Below are positions 1 through 9,131 of a DNA stretch of 32,135 bases, piece after piece (the first letter of the stretch is position 1; the number at the start of each line of letters is the position of its first letter). Source of the DNA: an uncultured bacterium. Lineage in GTDB: Bacteria; SAR324; NAC60-12. The notes under the pieces were generated by a model. The model was not told the DNA's origin. It made no database searches and saw only the letters and a program-made list of their open reading frames with translations. A program made the position numbers and the translations under genes. The stretch spans positions 1 to 32,135 of the forward strand of contig CAXGMD010000039.1 of NCBI GenBank assembly GCA_964010765.1, in the 5' to 3' direction.

Positions 1-25
1 ACTAAATACTTGTAAGGAGAAAGAC

Positions 26-1147
26 ATGTCTGGATTAGCGGTAACCCATGTGGGTTCGCTCCCTCGCAGGCAGAGGGTGGTCGACCAAATTTTTGCAAGA
101 GAGAAAAACGAACCTTGGGATCGGGTGGAATTTGACACGATCATGGCTGAAGAGGTAGCCGAAACTGTCCGACTTCAACAACAGGCTGGGGTAAAGATTG
201 TTAGTGATGGTGAAACCTCTAAAATTTCCTATGCAACTTATGTCAAAGATCGTTATTCCGGTTTCGCAGGTGATAGTCCGCGCCAACCTCCGGCCGATCT
301 GAAAGACTACCCAAGCTTTCTCGAACGTTTAGCCAAAAGTGGTGGTACCCCCCAATATTCAAGACCCTGCTGTGTAGGACCGATCAGCCCTAAGGATTCC
401 CACGATCTTCAAGCAGACATTCAGCACTTAAAGGCTGCAATGGCTTCCAATTCTGTAGCCCTAGGGTTTATGAATGCTGCTAGCCCAGGGGTAATTGCTC
501 TCTTTCTGCCCAACCAATATTACCCTGATCATGAAAGCTATTTGATCGCCTTGGGAGAAGCACTTAAAACAGAATATCGAGCCATCATCGCTTCTGGACT
601 TTCCTTGCAACTTGACTGTCCAGACCTGGCCCTATCTCGGCATATGCTCTTTACCGAGAAGACTGATAATGAATTTCTTGATCTAGCAAGACTTCACATG
701 GAAGTGCTCAACTCTGCCTTGGAGGGATTACCTGCTGAAAAAATTCGTCTTCATATCTGTTGGGGAAATTACGAGGGGCCTCATCACTGCGACATTGCAA
801 TGGATAAAGTTTTTGAGGTGTTGATGTCAAGCAAAGCCCAGTATGTACTCTTCGAAAATGCCAATCCAAGGCATGGTCACGAATGGGCAGTTTTTGAAGA
901 AAGAAGTGCTCAAATTCCTGATGATAAGATTCTGGTTCCTGGAGTAGTTGATACCACAACCAACTTTGTGGAACATCCAAAATTGATTGCACAAAGACTT
1001 GAGAGATTTGTGAACTTCCTAGGTCGGGAGAGAGTTGTCGCTGGGACAGACTGTGGATTTGGTACTTTTGCAGGCTTTGGTGCAGTCGATCCCGAAATCG
1101 CTTACGCAAAACTCAGATCCCTATCTGAAGGAGCCTGCTTAGTCTGA
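26..1147 (+). CDS. Cobalamin-independent methionine synthase II family (MetE C-terminal-like / epoxyalkane:CoM transferase-like) Zn enzyme
   Basis: N-terminal THVGSLPR and SDGE motifs; Zn ligands in RLHICWGN, LFENANPRH and GTDCGFG; PGVVDTTTNFVEHP; AAGGAG Shine-Dalgarno at ~15-20; single-barrel length of 373 aa. Confidence 0.85.
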   Translation: MSGLAVTHVGSLPRRQRVVDQIFAREKNEPWDRVEFDTIMAEEVAETVRLQQQAGVKIVSDGETSKISYATYVKDRYSGFAGDSPRQPPADLKDYPSFLERLAKSGGTPQYSRPCCVGPISPKDSHDLQADIQHLKAAMASNSVALGFMNAASPGVIALFLPNQYYPDHESYLIALGEALKTEYRAIIASGLSLQLDCPDLALSRHMLFTEKTDNEFLDLARLHMEVLNSALEGLPAEKIRLHICWGNYEGPHHCDIAMDKVFEVLMSSKAQYVLFENANPRHGHEWAVFEERSAQIPDDKILVPGVVDTTTNFVEHPKLIAQRLERFVNFLGRERVVAGTDCGFGTFAGFGAVDPEIAYAKLRSLSEGACLV

Positions 1148-1171
1148 AACGGTCAGCCAAAATTATTCTTT

Positions 1172-1930
1172 ATGAACCCAACACAGAATCCAGCTTATCG
1201 ACCAACAGCCTTGATTACAGGCGGAGTAGGAGGAATTGGCAGAGCAATCTGCCATACCTTGGCATTGAATGACTTCCAAGTGCTTTTCACTTACCGATCG
1301 AAAGCCGATGAGGCGCAGCAACTCGAAAAAGAGCTAGCTGGATCCGGACATCAAAGTTTCCAACTTGATGTTAGCGATTCTCATCAGATTGATAAGCTTG
1401 CACTGACCATCTCTGATAAAACTCGACAGCTCGATTTACTGGTGAATTGTGCTGGAATGACACGTTTTGTTCCTCATCAAGACTTGGAAAGTTTGGAGGA
1501 TGAGTTGATTGATCAGATTTTTCAGGTCAACTGGCGAGGTTCTTTTTCAACAATTCGATCATTTAGACAGCTATTGGAAAATAGTCCTGAAGCACTGATC
1601 GTCAATATTTCTTCTATCGCAGGAAAAACCGGTGAGGGCAGTAACGTTGCCTACTGTGCATCCAAAGCGGCCTTGGACTCGATGACCAGATCCTTAGCGC
1701 GGGCTTTGGCCCCTAAAATTCGAGTAGTCTCTGTTGCTCCAGGAGTGGTCGAAACTGAATTTATCAAGGGATTGGATCCAGAATGGCGAGAGAAACAACT
1801 GCGCAGAACGCCAAGTGGTCATTTTGCTCAACCTGAGGAGGTAGGAAAAGCGATCCTTCATCTCTTCCAAGATTTAAAAAGCTTGAATGGCTGTCGTCTG
1901 GATTTAGACGGAGGTAGACCCCTTGGCTGA
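1172..1930 (+). CDS. Short-chain dehydrogenase/reductase (SDR family)
   Basis: TGGVGGIG Rossmann motif, LVNCAG, NISSIAG, catalytic YCASK, VAPGVVET, C-terminal DGG. Confidence 0.92.
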   Translation: MNPTQNPAYRPTALITGGVGGIGRAICHTLALNDFQVLFTYRSKADEAQQLEKELAGSGHQSFQLDVSDSHQIDKLALTISDKTRQLDLLVNCAGMTRFVPHQDLESLEDELIDQIFQVNWRGSFSTIRSFRQLLENSPEALIVNISSIAGKTGEGSNVAYCASKAALDSMTRSLARALAPKIRVVSVAPGVVETEFIKGLDPEWREKQLRRTPSGHFAQPEEVGKAILHLFQDLKSLNGCRLDLDGGRPLG

Positions 1931-1992
1931 CAAGTCACCTCTGTCAGGTATTGCGAAAACCATCCGTCCTTTCCCCTCCGAAGAAAATTTCA

Positions 1993-2052
1993 CTCTCAAA
2001 AAAGACCCTCATCACATCTGAATTCAGCTAAAAGCTCTTAGAAAAGACCCTC
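1993..2052. repeat. Imperfect 18-bp direct repeat (CTCTCAAAAAAGACCCTC / CTCTTAGAAAAGACCCTC) upstream of the CHAD gene
   Basis: Copies at 1993-2010 and 2035-2052, 16/18 identical, 42-bp period. Confidence 0.6.
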
Positions 2053-2099
2053 GATTAGGACAGATTTTTGCTTGCTAGATTACTCAATCTCTAAGGTTC

Positions 2100-3707
2100 A
2101 TGGAGCGAACCCAACTAAATGGAAGATTGATGATATTGAAGAGACCTCACTTTCAAATTCCCTCACTTACTGAAGCCCAAGCCCTCCTAGAGCGAGTCAA
2201 AGAACAATTTCCCTTGAGTGAATTGCCCAGTCAACTCTGGGAATACGTTTACTACGACACCTTTGATTCAAGACTCTATAAAAATCAGCAACTGCTCCGT
2301 CAAGAGACCAGAACTGACGTGGAAGACGAATCTTGGCTCTGCTGGCTCAGTTTAACAGGGAATCGAGTTCTACAGCGTGGACGTTCCCCTGTTCAGGAGT
2401 CTGTCATTCCACAACTTCCTTCAATACCGCTTCGACCATTACTTGAGCCCATTCTTCACCCAAGGGCTCTCTTAAGTCTATTTAAAATTTCAGTTCAGCA
2501 GGAATGGTTGGTTTGGAAAAACAAGGACGACAAGACCGTTCTTCGAGTGATGCTTGAATCAACACAACTCTTCCGTGAAAAACAACTAGAAGATCTCCAA
2601 CACCGTCTGATAATTCTCCCTTTTCGTGGATATCCTAAGCCGTCTCAGCAAATAAATCGGTTTTGTCGTGAGGAAGGTCTGGAGGAACTTAATGAGGATC
2701 TTTTCCAAGTTGTCTGCAGCAAATTGGAACTGAAACCTGGCAGCTACCAGCCCAAACCAAAATTGAAACTTTCACCCATGGGCAGAACAGACCAAGCTCT
2801 TCGAGCAATTCTTGGTGCTAGCACAAAGGTGATGGACTTAAATCATCAGGGTACGATCGAAGCTCCAGATACAGAATTTCTACATGATTTCCGAGTTGCT
2901 TGTCGACGAGCACGATCAGCACTGAACCAATTGAAGGGGGTTTTTCCTCCTGAACAGATTCAAGGTTTTCGAGATGATTTCGCTTGGTTAAGTGATCGAA
3001 CGGGCCCCACCCGAGACCTGGATGTTTATCTTCTTGACTTCAATTCATACCAAACTCAACTACCCGAAGAACAGCAAGCTGATCTTGAAGCTTTTCGGGA
3101 ACTTCTGCTGACAGAAAATGCCAAAGAGCAAAAACTTTTAGCCAAGGATCTTCAATCCAAGCGTTTTCAAAAATTTCGCTCGACCTGGGAGCAATTTTTA
3201 ACAGATGAGACTCCTTCTACAACTAATGGAGGAGCAGCAGAAGTTCGCAAAACCGCATCAAAAAGACTCCTTAGAAGTTATCATCGTTGCTTAGCTGAGG
3301 GGAAAGCAATTGACCAAGATTCTCCTGATGAAGCTCTCCATGACTTGAGGAAGAGTTGTAAGAAACTTAGGTATTTACTGGAGTTTTTTGAAAGCCTTTG
3401 GTCCACAAAAGAATTCCAAGGGATTCTCAAACCTCTCAAAGCCCTTCAAGAAGATCTGGGTCAATTCAATGATTGCTCGGTTCAACAGGAATCCCTAAAA
3501 AATTTTGGCGATATGCTTGCCAAGCAACAACCTGTTCCAGCCCAGACTTTGGTGGCGATGGGAATGCTTGTCAGTGCCCTAAACCAACGACAGGCCGAGG
3601 CACGTCAGCGTTTTCAAGGCAGTTTTAGTGGATTTGCTTCGACTCGCACTCAGAATCGTTTCAATCTTCTTTTTCAACAGCCAACCGTTGCTGAGGAGCT
3701 GAACTGA
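2100..3707 (+). CDS. CHAD domain protein with CYTH-like N-terminus (polyphosphate-binding 'phosin'-type)
   Basis: Two CHAD half-motifs, LHDFRVACRRARSAL and LHDLRKSCKKLRYLLEFF, plus RDLDV and LQEDLGQFND; N-terminal YVYYDTFDSRL resembles the CYTH YYDT motif; alternative start ATG at 2130. Confidence 0.85.
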   Translation: MERTQLNGRLMILKRPHFQIPSLTEAQALLERVKEQFPLSELPSQLWEYVYYDTFDSRLYKNQQLLRQETRTDVEDESWLCWLSLTGNRVLQRGRSPVQESVIPQLPSIPLRPLLEPILHPRALLSLFKISVQQEWLVWKNKDDKTVLRVMLESTQLFREKQLEDLQHRLIILPFRGYPKPSQQINRFCREEGLEELNEDLFQVVCSKLELKPGSYQPKPKLKLSPMGRTDQALRAILGASTKVMDLNHQGTIEAPDTEFLHDFRVACRRARSALNQLKGVFPPEQIQGFRDDFAWLSDRTGPTRDLDVYLLDFNSYQTQLPEEQQADLEAFRELLLTENAKEQKLLAKDLQSKRFQKFRSTWEQFLTDETPSTTNGGAAEVRKTASKRLLRSYHRCLAEGKAIDQDSPDEALHDLRKSCKKLRYLLEFFESLWSTKEFQGILKPLKALQEDLGQFNDCSVQQESLKNFGDMLAKQQPVPAQTLVAMGMLVSALNQRQAEARQRFQGSFSGFASTRTQNRFNLLFQQPTVAEELN

Positions 3708-4456
3708 TGCAAATCTTAGCTTCTTATAACATCAAAGGTGGGGTTGGAAAAACCGCTACTTCTGTAAATTTGGCTTTTCAAGGGGCACACGAAGGAGCCA
3801 GAACACTAATTTGGGACCTTGATCCGCAGGGAGCAGCGACTTTCTATTTCAGAGTTCGACCAAAAATCAAAGGGGGTTCCAGGGCTTTGCTGAAAGGTCG
3901 TCATGATCTTGCCGATCTGATCAAGGCTACCGACCACGACAACCTGGATCTTCTACCTTCCGATTTTTCATACCGCACGATGGATCTCCTGCTTGATGAC
4001 ACTAAGAAACCAAATGAGCGACTCAAGTTGCTGCTAAGTCCTCTAGCTGAAGAATATGACTATGTTTTTCTTGATTGCCCACCAGGACTGACTTTGCTAT
4101 CAGAAAGTATATTTGAAGCTGCTAATGTGCTTGTGGTCCCAGTCATACCGACCTCTCTATCACTTAGAACGCTTAAGCAATTGGTGGAATTTCGTCGCAA
4201 GAAGCAATTGCGAAATTTCAAGATGCTCGTATTCTTCTCAATGGCAGATCGACGCAAGCAATTGCATCGAGACCTAATGCAAATGATGCCTCGCAAATAT
4301 CCGAATTTTCTGAAGACAAACATCCCATATTCAACTGAAATTGAGCGGATGGGAATTGAGCGAGCCCCAGTAAGCTGCTTTGCAGAAAATAGCAAATCAG
4401 CACAGGCCTATCAGGAACTCTGGCAAGAAGTAAAAGCCCACCTCCCGGCCTGGTAA
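3707..4456 (+). CDS. ParA/Soj-family ATPase (orphan, no parB in window)
   Basis: Deviant Walker A NIKGGVGKT, WDLDPQG, Walker B VFLDCPP; TGATG stop/start overlap with the CHAD gene at 3705-3709. Confidence 0.92.
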   Translation: MQILASYNIKGGVGKTATSVNLAFQGAHEGARTLIWDLDPQGAATFYFRVRPKIKGGSRALLKGRHDLADLIKATDHDNLDLLPSDFSYRTMDLLLDDTKKPNERLKLLLSPLAEEYDYVFLDCPPGLTLLSESIFEAANVLVVPVIPTSLSLRTLKQLVEFRRKKQLRNFKMLVFFSMADRRKQLHRDLMQMMPRKYPNFLKTNIPYSTEIERMGIERAPVSCFAENSKSAQAYQELWQEVKAHLPAW

Positions 4457-4481
4457 TTCAACTTTTCAATCCATTGATTAA

Positions 4482-7400
4482 ATGCCTGAATCTCCCGTGT
4501 CTGCCCGAAAGACACCTCGTCTTCTTTCGGCATTCCGACGTGCAGAAGCAATGTCCCATGATCTTTCACAGCTACCAGGCAAAGGTCCATCGTATTTTGA
4601 CGATGCGAAATTAGCTGGATTACTAAGCAAAGAGAGTATTGAGGAACAAATCCAATGGCTTCGTCGACTTGATGTAGACAGTTACATCCAAAGGGTTGTA
4701 AATCCGTCTGAAAACCAAAAGCGTCTCAGTTCAGCTGAAGTCATTCAGCAGCTTGGAGGTAGTCTCATTCAAGAAGAGATCGAAGGACCCCTCTATCTGG
4801 CCGAAGTCGAATTTCAGATCGGTGCTCTCAAGAGAAGAATTGGGTTTGTTGCCCAAGACCATAGGGTTCAACATGGAACTTGGGACCCGAAACATCATCG
4901 AAGAGCAGCGGACAAGTTGGGGTTCTTTGCTATCCATGGCATGCCGGTAGTGACTTTTATTGACACCCCTGGAGCCGTTGCTACCGCAGAAGCCAACCTT
5001 GACAATCAATCTCACAGTATCTCTTTTTTGATTGCCGAAATGGCAAATCTACAGTTACCAACTGTTGGGATTGTATTTGGGGCTGGATATAGTGGCGGAG
5101 CAATTCCGCTCGCTACCACAAATGTGTTGCTTGCCACCAAAGATGGAGTATTCAACACGATCCATCCCAAAGGACTGAGCAACATTGCTCGTAAGTACAA
5201 CTTATCCTGGCAGGAGTGTGCGAAATTTATGGGAGTTTCTTCCTATGAACTGTACTCCAGTGGATATTTTGATGGGATTATTGATTTCTCGTTAGACCAA
5301 CCTGGAAAAATTTCAAATCTACGGGAAGCAATCCTCAGTGGAATTGAAATAACAGAGCAAAACGCTCGACTCTTCCTCAAAGAAAACTCCTTTCTTTTCG
5401 ACCACTACAAAGAAAACATTGGGCACTATCTCAATCCGAGTGAACTCCAAATCGTCATAAATCGGAGAACTCACAAACCTCCAACAGGAACCCTAAACGT
5501 TTTTGGGTCAGCCTATCGCTTCATGCGTGGGCTTAAGATTCGTCAAAAAATCCAAAGCGAATCCCTGAAGAATTACTCCAGACTCAGCAGTAAAACTGCC
5601 AAGACCCCAATTGGTACTTTGACGGAAAGGATTGAGCAGGAGCGGCAAGAAAAATTCAAGAAGTGGCTTCAGGCTCCCATTGAACTTCGCTACCAAGAGG
5701 AGTTGAACAAACGCTACCAAAGATTCCTGGAAACAAAAGCAGAGCGAGATGTCGAACGGACAAAACTCTTCGCCTTTTTTGTGGGGGATCCCAAGGACAA
5801 CTTTGAGAAGGCACTGGAAGAGTTGACTCTGGAGGTGTTGATCTATCTTTATAACTTCTGGAAGGACAGCACCCGGGAGAACATGATTCAACTTCATGAT
5901 TTTCTTCAGGAAGCGACCCTCTCCGAGATCCATGAAAATCCCTCATTATTAGACGTTCTACTTGTCCCTGAAGTGAACCAAAGTTTGCAGCAAAACTTCC
6001 AGAACATCCTGCTCTTCGACATGCTTTATGATGGTGTGATTGAAAGCCTTCCCATGATTGCAGGCGAATTGAAAGGGACGAATCACATCTCGCAGCAGTC
6101 AGTAGAGAAGCTTTTCGAAAATTCTTTCAACATAGCCTTGAAGGAATTTGAAAAGATGGAACTTCAGCTTGAAGGAGATTGGGTGCGGCAGAGTTTCTTC
6201 AAGTGGCTCGCCCAGTTCATCGCACAAAAAAACTGTGACACCGTCATGGCAACGATAAGTGGCTGGAAGAGAATTGTCTATCCGAGGATGTCTCCGCCTT
6301 TATTTGGGGTGGTGCGCTACTATTTCTCTGGATTGCTTCCCTCGCTTTATAAAGCTCAACTTGGTGAGAGTAAGTTTCAGGGGAAGATCACTCCTCGAAA
6401 CATCGGAATCAAAGACTTCTGGAATCGATTGGATCAAGCCTATAAGGATTTACTCATTCAGAATCTGTTGAGAGATTACAAGAAGAACCACATTGAACCG
6501 AAGCATATTCTTGACAAGTATTTTGCCAACTTCAAAGAGCTTAATGCTGAGAAAATAACCGCAAATCCAGTCAATTTCCCAGGATTTCGCCAAGCCATTG
6601 AGCAAGCTCTTGACAACGGAATTGCTCCCTGTGGAGTAATTACAGGTATTGCTAATTTCACTGATAACAGAGCGACAACCAAGGTAGGTTTGGTCCTGAG
6701 CAATACACGTTTTCAGGCTGGAGCCTTTGACATGGCGAGTTGTGAGAAGGTTTGTCTGCTGCTTGATGAATGTGCCCAGCGCAACCTTCCTGTGATCTTT
6801 TTCATTTCTTCAGCAGGTATGCAAACCAAGGAGGGAGCTGGGTCTCTCTTCTCGATGGCAACGATGAACGATCGCTTGACTCGATTTGTCAAGGACCATG
6901 ATCTTCCAGTGATTTGTTTTGGATTTAGAGACTGCGTCGGGGGTGCTCAAGCGAGTTTCGTAACTCATCTTCTTGTGAAAACGTACTATCTCTCAGGGGC
7001 ACAAATCCCTTTCGCAGGGCAACTTGTTGTTGAGAGTCACCTTCCAGCTTCATCCACGCTTGCTAATTACCTCAGCCAAAAAGATGGAACAATGGATGGC
7101 TTGGTAGAAAATCCATTTGATGAGCAAATTGATCACGCTTTGCGCCAGATTGATCCAGGCATTCCAATGCCAAAGCTTTCCATTCAGGAAGTGATTTCGA
7201 GGACACTGACGGGTGAGTATAACCTCTCTGCACAGCTAGATCAGGACGTTGAATCCCTTGAAAAAGCTGAGTTGATGCAGAGCGACATCAAAAGAGTACT
7301 TGTTCACGCTAGAGGATGTACTGCTGCAAGATTGATCCAAGCTTCACAAGAACATGGCCTAGAAGTCGTTCTTGTCCAATCTGATCCAGATATGGAGAGC

Positions 7401-9032
7401 TACCCGGCTCAATTACTCCGTGAAAACGATCGGCTGGTTTGCCTTGGAGGAAACACTCCTCAAGAAAGCTATTTGAATGCGATGAGTGTCATCAGAATCG
7501 CTGAGATTGAGGGAGTAGACGCAATTCATCCAGGAATTGGCTTCCTTTCAGAATCACCACAATATGCCCGTATTTGCCGAGAACATGGTCTGAACTTTAT
7601 TGGACCACGTTCTGATAATATGGACCTGATGGGAAACAAATCTAACGCGATCAATACAGCAAAGAGGCTTAAGATTCCTGTTGTTCCAGGTAGTGAGGGT
7701 GCCTTAGCAAATCCCTCTGAAGCTTCCAACGTAGCGGAGGAGATCGGGTATCCTGTGCTGATCAAGGCTGCCCATGGTGGGGGTGGCAAAGGCATCGCTG
7801 TTGTTGAACAGCCGGGTCAATTGGAACCGATGTTTATCCGGATGTCGAAAGAGGCACTAAATGCCTTTGGCAATGGTGATTTGTATTTGGAAAAATTCAT
7901 TCGCTCTTTGAGACACTTGGAAGTCCAAGTTCTTCGTGACCTTCGGGGGAATTCTCATTTGCTGGGTATTCGAGACTGTTCGGTCCAGCGAAATTATCAG
8001 AAACTCATTGAGGAGAGCGCATTTGATCTACCACAGAAGATTCAGGATCAACTTTTCAAATACTCTAGAAAATTGATTGATGAAATTGATTATGTTGGGG
8101 CAGGAACTGTAGAATTTATCTACGATCTTGGAGAGCAAAAAATCTACTTCATGGAGATGAATACACGCCTTCAGGTAGAACATCCCGTCTCTGAAATGGT
8201 CACTGGGGTAGACTTGGTTGATCAACAGTTCTCAGTAGCGAAAGGCAAAAGCATTGAAGGCTTGGAAGTCAGGCCAAATGGACATGCTATGGAGCTTCGG
8301 ATTAATGCAGAAAGAGTTGATCTAGACTCTTCAGGTTCCCTTCGATTTGTACCAGATCCCGGCAGAGTCTCTGAAGCCTACTTCCCTGCAGAAGAAAACA
8401 TCCGAGTTATCCAAGCTGTTACCAATGGCTCAATGGTTCCACCTTTCTACGATTCTCTTGTAGCCCAAATCATCGCCTGGGGAAAAGACCGCAAAGAAGC
8501 AATTGAACTGCTACTTGATTACCTAAGTAGAGTGAAAATTCATGGCATTTCCACAAATCTGGTATTAGTGAAGAGAATTTTACAGGATAAGGATTTTCAG
8601 GAGGGGAATTTTGACACTCGCTACCTAAAGGGGCTGTTTTCAAGGATCAACCCTCAAGAGCTAATTAAGGAATCTAAGCTTGAAGCTGGAGGCTCTGCAG
8701 TTTCGCTAGATGAGTCCAGTGTTCGGTTCGAGAATTCGAAAGAGTGGAAAGTTCTTTCACCACAAATGGGAGGCTTTTACCGGTCTCCTTCTCCTGAAAC
8801 TCCCTCATTGGTTGAAGAAGGCAGCGTCATTAATCTCCAGACTCCGCTCTGCTTGCTAGAATCCATGAAAGTCTTTAACGAGATTTCTCTGAATTCCTTC
8901 AAAACTTTAGATGGGAAATCACTTTATCCTGAAGATCAGCAATTCCGCATCACACGAGTTCTGGCAGAAGACCAACAGACTGTAAACCAGGGTGATCTAC
9001 TGTTTGTGATGGAGTCAATCACCCCAAATTAA
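4482..9032 (+). CDS. Single-chain multidomain biotin-dependent acyl-CoA (probably acetyl-CoA) carboxylase: AccA-like CT, helical linker, AccD-like CT, biotin carboxylase, BCCP
   Basis: AccA-like VVTFIDTPGA and GYSGGAI; AccD-like FQAGAFDMASCEK, SSAGMQTKEG and GGAQASF; BC motifs HPGIGFLSE, KAAHGGGGKG, RDCSVQR, FMEMNTRLQVEHPVSE and ELRINAE; BCCP SPQMGGFYRSPSP with biotinylation motif LESMKV. Confidence 0.88.
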   Translation: MPESPVSARKTPRLLSAFRRAEAMSHDLSQLPGKGPSYFDDAKLAGLLSKESIEEQIQWLRRLDVDSYIQRVVNPSENQKRLSSAEVIQQLGGSLIQEEIEGPLYLAEVEFQIGALKRRIGFVAQDHRVQHGTWDPKHHRRAADKLGFFAIHGMPVVTFIDTPGAVATAEANLDNQSHSISFLIAEMANLQLPTVGIVFGAGYSGGAIPLATTNVLLATKDGVFNTIHPKGLSNIARKYNLSWQECAKFMGVSSYELYSSGYFDGIIDFSLDQPGKISNLREAILSGIEITEQNARLFLKENSFLFDHYKENIGHYLNPSELQIVINRRTHKPPTGTLNVFGSAYRFMRGLKIRQKIQSESLKNYSRLSSKTAKTPIGTLTERIEQERQEKFKKWLQAPIELRYQEELNKRYQRFLETKAERDVERTKLFAFFVGDPKDNFEKALEELTLEVLIYLYNFWKDSTRENMIQLHDFLQEATLSEIHENPSLLDVLLVPEVNQSLQQNFQNILLFDMLYDGVIESLPMIAGELKGTNHISQQSVEKLFENSFNIALKEFEKMELQLEGDWVRQSFFKWLAQFIAQKNCDTVMATISGWKRIVYPRMSPPLFGVVRYYFSGLLPSLYKAQLGESKFQGKITPRNIGIKDFWNRLDQAYKDLLIQNLLRDYKKNHIEPKHILDKYFANFKELNAEKITANPVNFPGFRQAIEQALDNGIAPCGVITGIANFTDNRATTKVGLVLSNTRFQAGAFDMASCEKVCLLLDECAQRNLPVIFFISSAGMQTKEGAGSLFSMATMNDRLTRFVKDHDLPVICFGFRDCVGGAQASFVTHLLVKTYYLSGAQIPFAGQLVVESHLPASSTLANYLSQKDGTMDGLVENPFDEQIDHALRQIDPGIPMPKLSIQEVISRTLTGEYNLSAQLDQDVESLEKAELMQSDIKRVLVHARGCTAARLIQASQEHGLEVVLVQSDPDMESYPAQLLRENDRLVCLGGNTPQESYLNAMSVIRIAEIEGVDAIHPGIGFLSESPQYARICREHGLNFIGPRSDNMDLMGNKSNAINTAKRLKIPVVPGSEGALANPSEASNVAEEIGYPVLIKAAHGGGGKGIAVVEQPGQLEPMFIRMSKEALNAFGNGDLYLEKFIRSLRHLEVQVLRDLRGNSHLLGIRDCSVQRNYQKLIEESAFDLPQKIQDQLFKYSRKLIDEIDYVGAGTVEFIYDLGEQKIYFMEMNTRLQVEHPVSEMVTGVDLVDQQFSVAKGKSIEGLEVRPNGHAMELRINAERVDLDSSGSLRFVPDPGRVSEAYFPAEENIRVIQAVTNGSMVPPFYDSLVAQIIAWGKDRKEAIELLLDYLSRVKIHGISTNLVLVKRILQDKDFQEGNFDTRYLKGLFSRINPQELIKESKLEAGGSAVSLDESSVRFENSKEWKVLSPQMGGFYRSPSPETPSLVEEGSVINLQTPLCLLESMKVFNEISLNSFKTLDGKSLYPEDQQFRITRVLAEDQQTVNQGDLLFVMESITPN

Positions 9033-9095
9033 GAAAAATAATTGCTCGAGAGGAGATAGGAAAGGTCAGACTAGAGAGATAATTATTATGGAGAT

Positions 9096-9126
9096 AGAAC
9101 CTCATTTTCAGATGAGGTTCTTATTT
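9096..9126. terminator. Probable (bidirectional) intrinsic terminator between the convergent carboxylase and sucD genes
   Basis: Perfect 10-bp stem AGAACCTCAT (9096-9105) / ATGAGGTTCT (9112-9121), 6-nt loop, followed by TATTT. Confidence 0.65.
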
Positions 9127-9131
9127 CAAGA

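Noticed and set aside
1145..1174. The TGA stop of the MetE-like gene is in frame with the SDR start with no intervening stop, suggesting possible Sec readthrough given selA
   Set aside because: Both proteins are complete stand-alone domains, the TGA is not at a catalytic Cys position, and no SECIS-like hairpin is evident; in-frame adjacency is common by chance
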